In this document: positions 52,401 through 60,903 of the stretch, piece after piece
How positions within the stretch are numbered: position 1 is the first letter of the stretch
Layout of the letters: each line of letters opens with the position of its first letter
NCBI GenBank assembly: GCA_036172245.1
Contig: JAYWIR010000020.1
Span: 1,488,001 to 1,552,000, forward strand
Direction of reading: 5' to 3'
Origin: Raillietiella orientalis
Taxonomy: Eukaryota
Length of the DNA: 64,000 nucleotides
Notes under the pieces: model-generated
What the model was told of the DNA's origin: nothing
Seen by the model: the letters and a program-made list of their open reading frames with translations, nothing else
The model's database searches: none
Position numbers and translations under genes: made by a program

Positions 52401-55400
52401 TAAGGCCGCGTGGTCAGCGAATCCCCTCCCCGCCCCCCCCCCCCCCACACACACACGCACACCATTCTTCCTCGTTTTTGTTTGCTGGATATTTTTGCTC
52501 TCCGCCATCGCGAAAAGAGGCACCTGTCTCCTGCTTCCCGAATCAACGTGTGTACGTGTATGATGAATTATGGGAGAATCTTCTGGACCTCGCGGTGATC
52601 CACGGGAGGATGCTGCGCGGATTCTTGTGTACTTATACCACAATTTGCCCTGCATCGCCAACACAGCTGGCACGAAACACTTCGTCCGAGTGTGCGTCTG
52701 CATGTGCATCAGCACGCGCACTGCGTGCACGCTGTGTTCGCGCGCACAGCACACCCGAGGTGCACGCAGCGTCGACGCAAACCACGATGCACACGTTTAC
52801 TTGATGCAAATCGCACACCGTTTTCCTGTACACGCGTGCGTGTGTGCACACAAGGATGTGCACGAACGGACACGCAGACGCGCGTGTCCACTGTCATGTG
52901 CATTGTATACGTGGACGCTAGCGTTTACGATGCGTTCATAACCACAAACAGCTGTGTACGCAGTCCCCCGGAATACGTACATAAATATGTGAGAGAGAAC
53001 GCTGCTTTTCAAACCATCGGTTGACGAGGGGGGTCCATGGGGGGTGAGGAGGCGGATTTTTCCAGAAAAACTTGTGCTCGCGAGCGAAAGCCAATACAAA
53101 GCATGGAAGAGCTCTGTGCAGTTCAAGAAATTCTGCACATCACTTTGTGCCAAAGTAGAAGATGATGCCCTGCGGCTTTGTCATCGCCATTGGTCTCTCG
53201 TACAAGAACTGCGAATTCGGGTCAAGAAGCTGAATGCTCGGAATACAGATCCTTTCCTCTGCATGTTTCTGATGTCCTCAGCTTCCACGACGCAAGTTGG
53301 CAAGGCGATTTCAACACCGGATACAAGCTGGTGCTGCGGGACCTTGTAAGCGATACTTGAATGTGCAGATGAGGCATCATCAGCTCGAGGAACAAACCAA
53401 CCCCGGGCAGTCTACCTGAATAAACAGTCCCAGAGGTACGCGCTCATTGCTGGGGGAGGGGAAAAAAAAAAAAAAAAACACACCCTTGCTCCATCACGAG
53501 CCGCATCTTTATTTTGATCTTCGCTTCGTTTCCGTGAGACGGGTTGACGCGAAACGAAACGCACAGATGAGGAGGGGGGAATGCTTCCGAAATGGCCACC
53601 CCAGGAAGCGCCCCTACGATGTTCCCGACTGTCTAGCGTCGTGGAAACTCACAGGAAACGCGGATGCTGTGTTGCAAGCAGAACCAGAAGTGTTCCCGTG
53701 GCGGTTTCACGGGAAACGTTCCATGAGGAACATGAGGTTCCGCTGATGACAGGCTCGCTGCTCTTTGAGGCTCCGTCTACTCTGAGGCGCGTTTCGTGCA
53801 GCGGCAAGTGTGGCTGCTGGACCGATTCCAACCACGAAGACGCGAGAGAGGGAAAAGAAGGGAAAGGTGCACGGCAGAATACCCTTGAGGACAGGTACGC
53901 GTACACCAAGTAAATGTTGGAACACGACCCGTTGAGGGATTGTACATCACGTGCGTAAAGTGTCCAATAGGAACTTCGTTTCAATCTAAGAAGCTTCCAT
54001 GATACCCTCCCTCATCTGCAGGCAATCAAGAGCTGACCTCAGTCTTTTACGTTCCATCTGCCACATTCTTTACTTTACGAATGTAAGTTTGCTGTCTTCG
54101 TTACGTGAAAAAAGTCCTCTCGAGATTTTCAAATAACCTTTGAGACCGGAACCCAGGAGTCTCGAGATAATAAATCAATAAACGATGCCGCTGAAGGAAA
54201 CTTTTATCTAAGACCATCCCTGAAAGCAGAAGGCGCAACGTGGAAACAGAGAGGCCAAGGGTCTGCAGGTAAAAGCGCTGGAGGACAGCTCGGAGTAGCG
54301 GCAGAGAATAAAACGTAATGAGATTGGTAAACACAAGAGCACCGTCTCCAGTTTCGGTGGATGGTACAGAGAACGCTCTCACCGGTTTACTGCTGCGTTT
54401 CGGGTCTTCGAAAAAAGTGAAGCTCTTAACGAATTCATCCCTGAGTGCTGCAGTGGTGCGCAAAGGGTGTGCAAAGGTTGAGGACGCTAACGGTGCTGCT
54501 GCTCTCGAAATCACAATGGGCGGAAAAGGGTGGACCGAGCCCCATTTCGAACCTCTTTTTTGGAAGCAGTCTGCGTTCGTGATGAGCTGAAGCAGAGCGG
54601 TGAGGAAGGTCGATGGTCGTTACCATCGGACCAGAGAGCGGATCGCATCTCTCGCCGACACGCCTCAACTCGTGGAGAGAAATTTCTTCGCGATCCTTTG
54701 GTTCCGCGAGTTCAAGAGTGAAGGGAAAGACTTGGGGAGGAAGGCGTGAGAACGCGCAGACTCGACTCTTCTCCGTGGAAACGGCGAAAGTTGAAAAAGT
54801 CTTCCAAAGAAGCTGTGGAGCGATGGCGCTGCTGTTACTGCCAGCGTCGGCTGAGTCCTGCTTCCGGATGCCTGCTCGGGAACAAGTCGGAACATCCGGA
54901 AATGCGCTCAGAGGAGCGGGGCAAGGGCTGGAGGTCGCGTCGATCGCTGCTTCAGCTAAAGCACCGAGAAAGAGGAAAAGCAACGGAACTCCTATGGGTC
55001 TTTCGTCCGGGGGGAGGGGCACCGTCGGAAATCCGCGGAAGACTTCAAGGTGGAAAGCTGCCTTCCAACGAAGAAGGCTCGTCCACGCGTCCCGGGAACA
55101 TCCTCGCTGCTGCACCAGTTCTCCGAAGCCGAAAGAATTTTCGCAGCGGCTCCCGCGCGAGGGAACCGGGCGAAAAGGCGGGGGACGAACGGACGCCGAA
55201 TTTGCAGACGAGGCAAAAGTCCTTTTTTTTTTCCCCCCCCCCCCCCTTTTTGTTTTGTTTTTTGCCTGCGGCAAAGGCGAGACGCGGGCGCGACGAGCAG
55301 GGGAGCTCGCGGCGCGTACCGTGGAGGAGCACACGCCCTGTTCCGTCCGGCAATGCAGACGGGGGATTCCCTCCCTGCTCCCCTTCTTTCCCGCCTGCTC

Positions 55401-58400
55401 CCGTTGTCTTCGCCGACGCGGCCGCTGGTGCTGCCGCGAGCGCGCACGTAAGTCCAGCGGCTGCCGGTCGGAGCTTGACCCACCAGCAGCCGAGCCCATG
55501 AGACGAGGTTTGCTCCTGGCTGTTCTCACGAGGCGGGCGCTGGGAGCGGGGAGATACCGAAGTACTTCAGCGTTCGAATCGGGTCAGGAGACTCCTGGCT
55601 TAAAGGCAGGCTCGAAAGCACCGCGGTCTGGCGCCGGACGGGGGCTCGCGATCGGCGTGCCCTCTGGCAAGGCAACTACCGGAGGCGCCGTTCGTTCGTT
55701 CCCTCGACGAGCGCTCGCAGGAACTTTCTTTGACGAGCGGGACGGACCAAGCAGAGTACAAGGCAGTCGGCAGCGTGGTCAGGAGAACCTCCCGTTTGCA
55801 CTTGGTCACCCGATAACGGAACCGCCAGCTCGCCCCGTGCGCGTCTCTTCGGCTACGCAGCCCGCGCTGCTGCTGAGCTTGCAGGCGCCCTCCCGAAAGG
55901 GGAGGGAGCCCGCGCCTCTGCACGGTGCAAAGGTGACCACGGCAGAGAGAGGAGGAGATCGCGAGCTACGTGCGCGCGAGAAAGACGCGCACTTTCCACG
56001 CTCGCAGGTGGGGCTCAAGCTCTGCGCTCTGCTGACTGGACTGCCGGATCTTCTTCCGCATCTCTCCGCCCGGTCGCGCTCGCCGAACCTGCGCGCGCGA
56101 CCTGGCCAACTGGCGAGTTTCAAAGGTATCGACCCTCCCTTGTACGCCGAATCCGCAAAATGGTACAAGGATGAATGCACGAGGCGCGCGCAGCGGGTTT
56201 CGCGGCGCTGGGTCCATTCAGGGCAGCCGTCCAGTGGCGCCGAAGGGTGGGGGGCCACTAGCAGCGCGGGTGCTTTCCTCCTCCCTCCCTTCTCGTCATA
56301 CCCTCCGCGACGCGCAAAAGGGCGGAACGAAAGCACAAACGCCGGCGGTGACTCCGGGGCGGGCAGGGCGCGCTGTTGCCCTCGGGGGACCGGATCGCAG
56401 ACTACCCGCCGCTTCGCGGGTCACCCCCAGTACACGATTCACCTCGGGTGGAGCAAGGCGGAGGAGCCGCCTCCCCTACGGCCCGCCCCAGCAGAGCAGG
56501 GCGGTGCGCGGGAGAGGCTGGCGCGAGTGGCTTCGCGCCCCGCATCGACCGGAGGCAGTTCGGTCCTCGGGGCGGGAGACCGAGCGTCCCCGTGTCAATA
56601 TTTGGAATCCGCTCGAAGTCTTTCTCTTCCCTGAATGCCTGGGAGCAAAAGGTACACACGGTCCGCAACCCACTTCCGTCCATCCCAACGTCTCCCAGTG
56701 CCCACTCGCACGCTAACTGATTCCGGTAACGCAAAGGTCTCCCTCCGTGATGGCCGGAAAAATTCCTGTCGACAGCGTTCCCGGGAAAACCCTCTTCTTG
56801 AGGCTTCCAAAGTTGGGAAATCCACGTGAAGAGACCGATCGATGAGATGCATCCCGTCCTCTTCTCCTTCATCTTCTTTTCTCTCCCTTTCTTTCTTCCT
56901 GGTTACGTGAACTGCAGGGTTGTTCGGAAAGAGCGCAAAGACATTTTTCCGTCGACCTGCATGACCAAGGAGGAGGAGCTTCGTAAGCAAGATGCTGGGC
57001 AGGGAGCGGATAAGGATCATCTCTGACGACGACGGCGGCTCCCAGAGAATGACGGTGGCTGACGGACAGTGGACGCGGACGGAAAAGGAAGAAACGGACG
57101 GAGCGCGTCGAACCAACGCGCGACCTCCGTGAGCCGAACGATCTTGCCGGAAACGCGCGCGCGCCGAGGTGAGGTTGAGCATTCTGCTGCAGCAAACCTC
57201 CCGCGCAGCGACGACAAAAAGGCTTCCGTGAGCACGCCCTTCCTTCCAGGATGTTTGCCCCTTCCCCCCCCCCCCACGATGGGCGAACGGGCCCGAAACG
57301 AACAGGGCCGCGCGCACTCCCCGTTCCGCTCGCTGCTGCTGCTGCCAGAGGCGCATGCGCGCGCGCGTCTCACGGAAGCCCCGGCATTGTCTGCCAGAGG
57401 TTCGCGGCGCGCCACGCGTGGTTAAACGGCAGCGAGTGGAATTTGGCGGCGGCATAAGCTTTGCCCCTCCGGCGGGGCAGTCAAACGAACTCGCAAAACA
57501 AATAACGGAACCGAAAGAGGAAAGGGAAAACCGCAGGGCAACCCAGTTCGCACCTAATGGACAGTCTTCCTGGGAAGTCGGATAAGCTGATGACTGCACT
57601 TTTGTTTTTTGTTTTTTTTAAAAAATGCTTGGAAAAAAAACGGGAAGATTGCAACTTGATAATTTTTTTTATAGAGAACCCTCGGATGAATGCACCCGTT
57701 CTGAAGTTCGACGAGGCTTCCAGCAAAAGGTAGCTGCAGCCATCTATGAACCAACACAAGAGTGAACGTGGCAATAGATGTTCCGTAGGGGTTCAGGACC
57801 GAAGTCGTGTCGGGTGTTCAAGAGCGCAGGGGGAGGAACGAAAGTGCTTCGAAAGTTGCAAGTCGTTTACTGGCACCTATTTAGCAGCACACCCTCACTG
57901 TTTATGTAGATGGCCCCGAGACGTTTTTTTGTTTCTTTTACATAGACGACACGAAATTCTACTCAATGCGACAAAGGCGCGCTGGCTGCAAGAGCTCACG
58001 TACACGAAAGTGATGCGACTAGCGCACGGAATCATCCAGTAACCGTCATCTGCATGAGATCGAGCGGAGTTCTTGTCCAAGAGATCGGTTCAGAGGTCGC
58101 TTAGACAACCGGGCAGCGGATTGACCGGTCTCGGCGCTGAAAAACACTTTGCCATCGTCCGCGTCTCCTCACGGTCTGCGCCAGGTTCACGTTCTCTGCG
58201 TTTCTGCCCCGAGCTGCACGTTCGTGGCCTGCTACGAAACGACAGTCCACCTGCTATTCGACGTCGCCAGGTGGTCCACACGGCATACGTCCTGGCGAAA
58301 CGGATCGCCCTGCTTGTTTTCCAAGAGATCACAAACAAACGATTAGAGAGATCCGTGGACATCAAAGGAACATCTGTCCGAGCCAAGCAGCGCGGTCGTG

Positions 58401-60903
58401 CGCACCCTTCATTCTTTTTGCGCGCCACGTGCTGTCCGTCGGGAGCCCACCGCGCTTCCGAAAGCAGTGGCTTGCCATCTAGCGGGGGGAGAAGGAAACA
58501 GAAACTTACGGGGCAAACTTACCTGCCCTGTAAGTTTCTGTCCCTGCAAGCCCTGTGACTGTGCCCACTTTGGCTTCTGTTTCTTTTTCTTCCTTTCCTG
58601 CTCCCTGCACAGAAACGGAGACCGTTCGAAAGCCGCCTAGGGCCGCGTTTCCTCGATAAGGTCGACTTTTAAAAAATAAAACAGAAAATCGCGCCACGTC
58701 AGGATGATGTGTGTGACCATCATCATCGAGCTTTGCTGTGGCAACCCCACCTCAGCTTGTGACCTGGGAAGAACTCGGCAAGCGATGACGCTCTTCCAGG
58801 TCCCTCCGTTTGCCTGCAAAGCTGCGGAGCTGGACGAATGGAAGACGACGGCAGCCTCAGTCTGGGACACGCTCCTAGGGGGCTTCCTTTGTGGATCAGC
58901 GCCTAACCACCTGGAATGGCGCCATTCAACCGCACCTCACAGGGGCGCGCACTCTGCCGCCACCACGGGGAAGCTCCCACTCTCTCCGCCAGCATCCGCG
59001 CGTTCTTCCCCGCTCTCCCGCCTGAGCCGTCGAAACGCTCTGCTTCCGGTCTCGTCCTGGGGAAGCGTCCCTCCTGCAAACGACCTTGAGGGCCCGGACT
59101 CCTCCTCTTCCTCGTTCGCGGCTTATTTTCGGCACTCGCGGCTCCTGCGCTCTCTCCTGCGTGAGGACGTTCGTCGGGAAGGAGGGATCGCCTCTGGATA
59201 ATCGTCGAAGCTCGTGCCGACTCTCTCACGTGCAATGGCGCGACGGGATCTCTTTCCGGGAAACCCTCATCGGAAGAGCAAGGATGCGACCGACTCCCGG
59301 CGACGGGAAAGGGGGTCCGGGCACCGGACTGGGGCACCTTTCTCTTTCTGAAGACGGCTGCCATTCTGACACTTCTGCCATTCTGGCGAGCTCATCCGGG
59401 TAGAAGCATGAGCGCGGGCGCTCAGCAGCTGTGGCGAATGTCGCGGGAGGCCTCTGCCAGGTAGCACGCCGCCGAGCCGAGGAGCTTCCACGCCTGCCGG
59501 GTAGATGGCAGCAACCCGGGCTGCCGCGGGTTGGGAGATCCTCTCTCCCAAGAACCACAGCCGCCGTATTCCCGCACCGATGGAGATGGAGGGAGGAGGA
59601 AGTGGAAGAGGAGGAGGAGGAGGGAGGAAGAGAGACCGCCCTTAGATTCACGCACGCGTTCTCCGGGATTTTCTCGCTGAGGCACGTGCGAGAACGGCAG
59701 CGGTGGCTCTCCCGGAGCTGCATGGAGGGAGGCTTTTCCCGGGCTAGCGAAAGGAGTCCCAAAGGAGCTCCCCTTCTCCTCACGGGAGAGCCGCTCCGAA
59801 GAGCGGCACCTCCGCTTCCTGGAGCTCAGGTGCCCCTGGGACAAACTCGTCCCTCGGGGAAGGTCCCTTCTCCCTTCGATCCCAGGCCCACCCACTCCCC
59901 CTGGCATCGAGGGGTACAGGGGTCCTCTCCCCCTCCTCTCCTTTACGCTCTCGCGCTGTTTCTGACGGCCACCCCTTTGCCGCGTCCGCCAGCGGCAAAG
60001 GGGTGGCCAGCGGTTGCCAGGAGCGAGTGGTCAGAACTCCGCGCTAGTGGAATGCTGTCGGAGTGGCTCTCGTGTGCAGGGAGAGGGGAGGGAACGCCCG
60101 CGTGCGCGGTGCGCCAGGGAAGCGCCATCTTTCCGGAGGTGGTGCGCGCCCGCAGCCTTCCCGGAAGTCCTCGGCCTCAGCCGACACCGAAAAAACGAAG
60201 GGCGGGAAGGAAGTCTCATGTTTTTCCCCCGTTCGGAAGGAAGGGGTAGGGTGGGAGAAACTGGAAGGAGGGAAACAACGGGAACACAATATCCCGGTGA
60301 CTCCGCCTTTCCCTCCCACCCAGCCCCGCGGGCGAGACCATCCGCGAGGCTGGGCTAACGTACTTGGTGGGACGGGCAGGATTCCGGGCCGCGTCCTTCC
60401 TCCTCCTGGAGGAAAGGGAAAGGAAAGCGGATGAGAGAAGAAAGAGGTGTGCGTTGTCCTCCCGCGGGCGGCGGCAGGGGAGGCGCCCCCCTCGCCTCTT
60501 TTTAGGGGCGCTCCCAAAACCGCAGAGGCGAGCTCGTCTTCCCGGGGCTCACTTGCCCCACCCCCCGAGTCGGTCGAGCGCGCGCCTGACTCACCTTTGC
60601 AGCGCAGGGCCGCCTTGATAATGGGCTGATGGCACAGGTGGCACGCACGTGGCTTCCGGTAGGTCTTCCTCTTGAAGCAGTGGGCGCGCCCTCCGGCGTG
60701 GGGCTGGAATGACGAGCCATGTGAGGAAGCCTCCCGCCGACCCTTCCCAACGTCTAGTGACGAAGGACCCTCCAGGAGGAAGGGGGACGGAATGCTTTCT
60801 GGGTGGTACGCACGCGCGCCCTGGTCCTCCGCCCCGCGGTCCGCCGAATGTTTCCATTCGTGGCTGACCTGACCCACCTGCCCCACCTGCCGCTTGGCAA
60901 TCG
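4317..60903 (-). CDS. tns: Tensin-family gene, spliced model of 18 coding exons (C1, PTEN-like PTP, C2, SH2, PTB); 5'-most exon(s) unresolved
   Basis: Tensin motifs in correct order on the minus strand: HCFKRKTYRKPRACHLC (C1), [121 protein letters not shown]. All introns GT..AG with compatible phases. Confidence 0.95.
4559..4657 (-). CDS. tns: Tensin exon: PTB (RQYPSQSISHCGFDPDERSW...)
   Basis: RRxYP and CxxDPxxRxW motifs; acceptor ttttttag, donor gtgagt. Confidence 0.92.
4721..4901 (-). CDS. tns: Tensin exon: PTB ([20 protein letters not shown]...LTDNERKLFFR)
   Basis: Canonical tensin PTB motifs; donor AG|gtaggc. Confidence 0.93.
4956..5102 (-). CDS. tns: Tensin exon: SH2 end ([24 protein letters not shown]...)
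   Basis: Near-canonical tensin motif; acceptor cctttgcag, donor T|gtgagt. Confidence 0.92.
5200..5424 (-). CDS. tns: Tensin exon: SH2 core (AVSLLKNKPEGTFLVRDSTSYPGCYGLAVKV...ELIRHYLIE...EPVF)
   Basis: FLVRDS phosphotyrosine-pocket motif; GT-AG boundaries; phase 1 to 1. Confidence 0.95.
5490..5779 (-). CDS. tns: Tensin exon: SH2 start (...[18 protein letters not shown]); alternative in-frame acceptor at 5713
   Basis: Matches tensin FVxDTSKYWYKPxISRE; donor G|gtaaag. Confidence 0.88.
6341..6468 (-). CDS. tns: Tensin linker exon (RCSFSGDEG...DGPVSPG)
   Basis: Acceptor gtctctcctcag, donor GG|gtaagt; phase 0 to 2, the phase change the model requires. Confidence 0.7.
7014..7130 (-). CDS. tns: Tensin linker exon (KHDGSIPRAD...VYSEQQQS)
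   Basis: Acceptor atctcttccag, donor TCG|gtaaga; 117 nt, phase 0 to 0; no conserved motif. Confidence 0.6.
7565..8060 (-). CDS. tns: Tensin linker exon (SLSSTGSSTSDWLQKQKQKL...SKHDPQ)
   Basis: Acceptor cacctccag, donor CAG|gtgagc; phase 2 to 0; open frame. Confidence 0.8.
8830..10510 (-). mobile_element. Decayed RTE-like LINE relic (RT through C-terminal region)
   Basis: VSFSDLEES (~FxDLxKA), FPVDGLSQKCASAKFLFSVY (~GVKQGCVLAPTLFS), LWHAEEC (~LFADDC), IKKKRSL, HQRLFR, RLPDIV in order. Confidence 0.58.
10570..11250 (-). mobile_element. 3' part of a decayed RTE-like relic
   Basis: Weak matches to the post-RT region: TLVCKA, LLHHRLSVH, RPVFQGKL, VRGRW. Confidence 0.3.
12680..13540 (-). mobile_element. 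Decayed RTE-like RT core relic
   Basis: gtcgggcaggatgcgta (~VRQGCV, frameshifted), HRYADHT (~YADD), GLGVRQK, AAFVKHLPPWLCKN (~AAFGKLxxxWxNK). Confidence 0.5.
16500..17300 (-). mobile_element. Decayed non-LTR RT relic
   Basis: GQKGCPA (~GVRQGCP), LTEDDLFLL (~YADDLVLL), downstream MQWCCHL (~LRWxGHV). Confidence 0.45.
18261..18347 (+). repeat. Copy 1 of a ~85-bp imperfect direct repeat (copy 2 at 19750-19830)
   Basis: Shared blocks gtgtttgggtg, acagatcacga, cgagacaagaaa, aaatcctgacgatccgaa. Confidence 0.85.
19729..19752. repeat. (TG)12 microsatellite
   Basis: Read directly. Confidence 0.95.
19750..19830 (+). repeat. Copy 2 of the ~85-bp imperfect direct repeat
   Basis: Aligns to 18261-18347 with mostly transitions and a small indel. 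Confidence 0.85.
20309..21278 (-). CDS. tns: Tensin large linker exon ([25 protein letters not shown]...RPNIVR)
   Basis: Conserved HTxGPxDGSLYA and SxDSGI motifs; 970 nt open; acceptor ctgttccag, donor CG|gtaagg. Confidence 0.9.
23663..23684. repeat. (CA)11 microsatellite after an A-run
   Basis: Read directly. Confidence 0.9.
23900..24460 (-). mobile_element. Decayed RTE-like relic
   Basis: NVADH, FPDICKQCGLN (~FxxxCxxFGLxIN), FASLVSSLS (~FxYLGSxLS), FGPGHKM. Confidence 0.45.
25444..25473. repeat. (TA)15 microsatellite
   Basis: Read directly. Confidence 0.95.
25950..26740 (-). mobile_element. Decayed RTE-like relic
   Basis: HYADS, GRSAFGIV (~ASxAFGxL), QNLWWKPFVM (~QLRWxGHVxRM). Confidence 0.45.
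27960..29050 (-). mobile_element. Decayed RTE-like RT relic
   Basis: KKAPDNQIVCEAWKAG (~KAPGxDGIPxExxK), VKGQFCVIDGNF, QRFGVSRK, EFHSRLASARSAF (~EIxxRIxKAxSAF). Confidence 0.55.
29400..30480 (-). mobile_element. Decayed RTE-like RT relic
   Basis: LLDCADDVQFL near 30340-30371 (~LxYADDVxL), SRASAALRLLPSNSLW, ECFHRP. Confidence 0.55.
31563..31706 (-). CDS. tns: Tensin exon: end of C2 (GIRFPLDGQVSFHFS...DPVLKWDSYENC)
   Basis: RFP and WDSYEN motifs; acceptor ctgcttccag, donor CAG|gtgagg; phase 1 to 1. Confidence 0.9.
33106..33482 (-). CDS. tns: Tensin exon: C2 domain ([11 protein letters not shown]...KGDTLVKCYH...FKCQFHTC...ELDDVFS)
   Basis: PTEN/tensin C2 motifs; acceptor ctcttatcag, donor G|gtacgt. 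Confidence 0.93.
33561..33710 (-). CDS. tns: Tensin exon: PTP-like domain (GSMERIGVII...LDRFAMRKFFDDKV...QPSNSR)
   Basis: Tensin LDRFAMxxF and QPS motifs; 60-nt upstream intron; phase 2 to 2. Confidence 0.9.
33771..33943 (-). CDS. tns: Tensin exon: PTP-like domain (VLNLSER...[13 protein letters not shown]...VVCVLFAR)
   Basis: NLSE and WPD-loop motifs; acceptor tttccag, donor CG|gttagt; phase 0 to 2. Confidence 0.92.
35960..37360 (+). mobile_element. Decayed RTE-like RT relic
   Basis: PGEDG, FPESSDRF (~LPESQxGF), FDVLRVIPQGRRFPICTF (~GVxQGCxxSPxLF), GKARSSF, STFMYA, EASWT in order. Confidence 0.55.
37974..38171 (-). CDS. tns: Tensin exon: PTP-like domain start (RSTP...[16 protein letters not shown]...LQSKHGKDYM)
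   Basis: PTEN/tensin DLxYVTExI and KHGxxY motifs; acceptor ctttcttcctcttccag, donor ATG|gtgagc; 198 nt. Confidence 0.92.
39730..41150 (+). mobile_element. Decayed RTE-like RT relic
   Basis: GLPSENRK, GRIPREF (~GxVPxDF), YYGMS (~NYRGIS), VQEKHH, RKFGCAI, VGKA, LRWLAY in order. Confidence 0.55.
41430..43280 (+). mobile_element. Decayed RTE-like relic, possibly interrupted near 42330-42650
   Basis: NIYGLRS, DFCGISAHCAWTDKV (~QCGFRxxRxxxDxI), FVWRR, RRILKSGF (~LRRILxIxW). Confidence 0.42.
48026..48307 (-). CDS. tns: Tensin exon after C1 (VEDDRQGPL...EEIGRVQ)
   Basis: Acceptor gctgctctccag, donor CAG|gtaagt, 282 nt open, phase 0 to 0; bridges the C1 micro-exon and the first PTP exon. Confidence 0.7.
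48631..48654. repeat. (CGG)8 trinucleotide repeat
   Basis: Read directly. Confidence 0.9.
51772..51809 (-). CDS. tns: Tensin 38-nt micro-exon: second half of C1 (VCKYTCHPACEPK)
   Basis: Acceptor cttttcttgtcgctttcag, donor AAG|gtaagc, phase 1 to 0; supplies C-X4-H-X2-C. Confidence 0.9.
53590..54790 (+). mobile_element. Decayed RTE-like RT relic
   Basis: PEVFPWRFHGKRSMRNMRF (~PExQxGFRxxRSTxDxIF), SGLRKK, REISSRSFGSAS..KTW..TRL. Confidence 0.45.
58290..58410 (+). mobile_element. Short 3' fragment of an RTE-like relic
   Basis: KRIALLVFQEITNKRLERS..KQRGRAH (~RRILxIxWQxxITNxEVLxRA..LRWxGH). Confidence 0.35.
58498..58541. repeat. 18-bp inverted repeat with 8-nt loop
   Basis: acagaaacttacggggca-aacttacc-tgccctgtaagtttctgt; 17 of 18 Watson-Crick pairs. 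Confidence 0.9.
60595..60903 (-). CDS. tns: Tensin exon: first half of C1 zinc finger (...HCFKRKTYRKPRACHLCHQPIIKAALRCK)
   Basis: H-X12-C-X2-C pattern; donor AAAG|gtgagt at 60594 (phase 1). Acceptor tttccggcag at 60904 is less certain. Confidence 0.8.

Noticed and set aside
54613..56634. 673-aa plus-strand ORF, the longest in the track
   Set aside because: Arg/Gly/Pro/Ala-rich, runs through homopolymers (FFFPPPP), has no recognisable domain and starts inside an RT relic; a GC-rich chance ORF.
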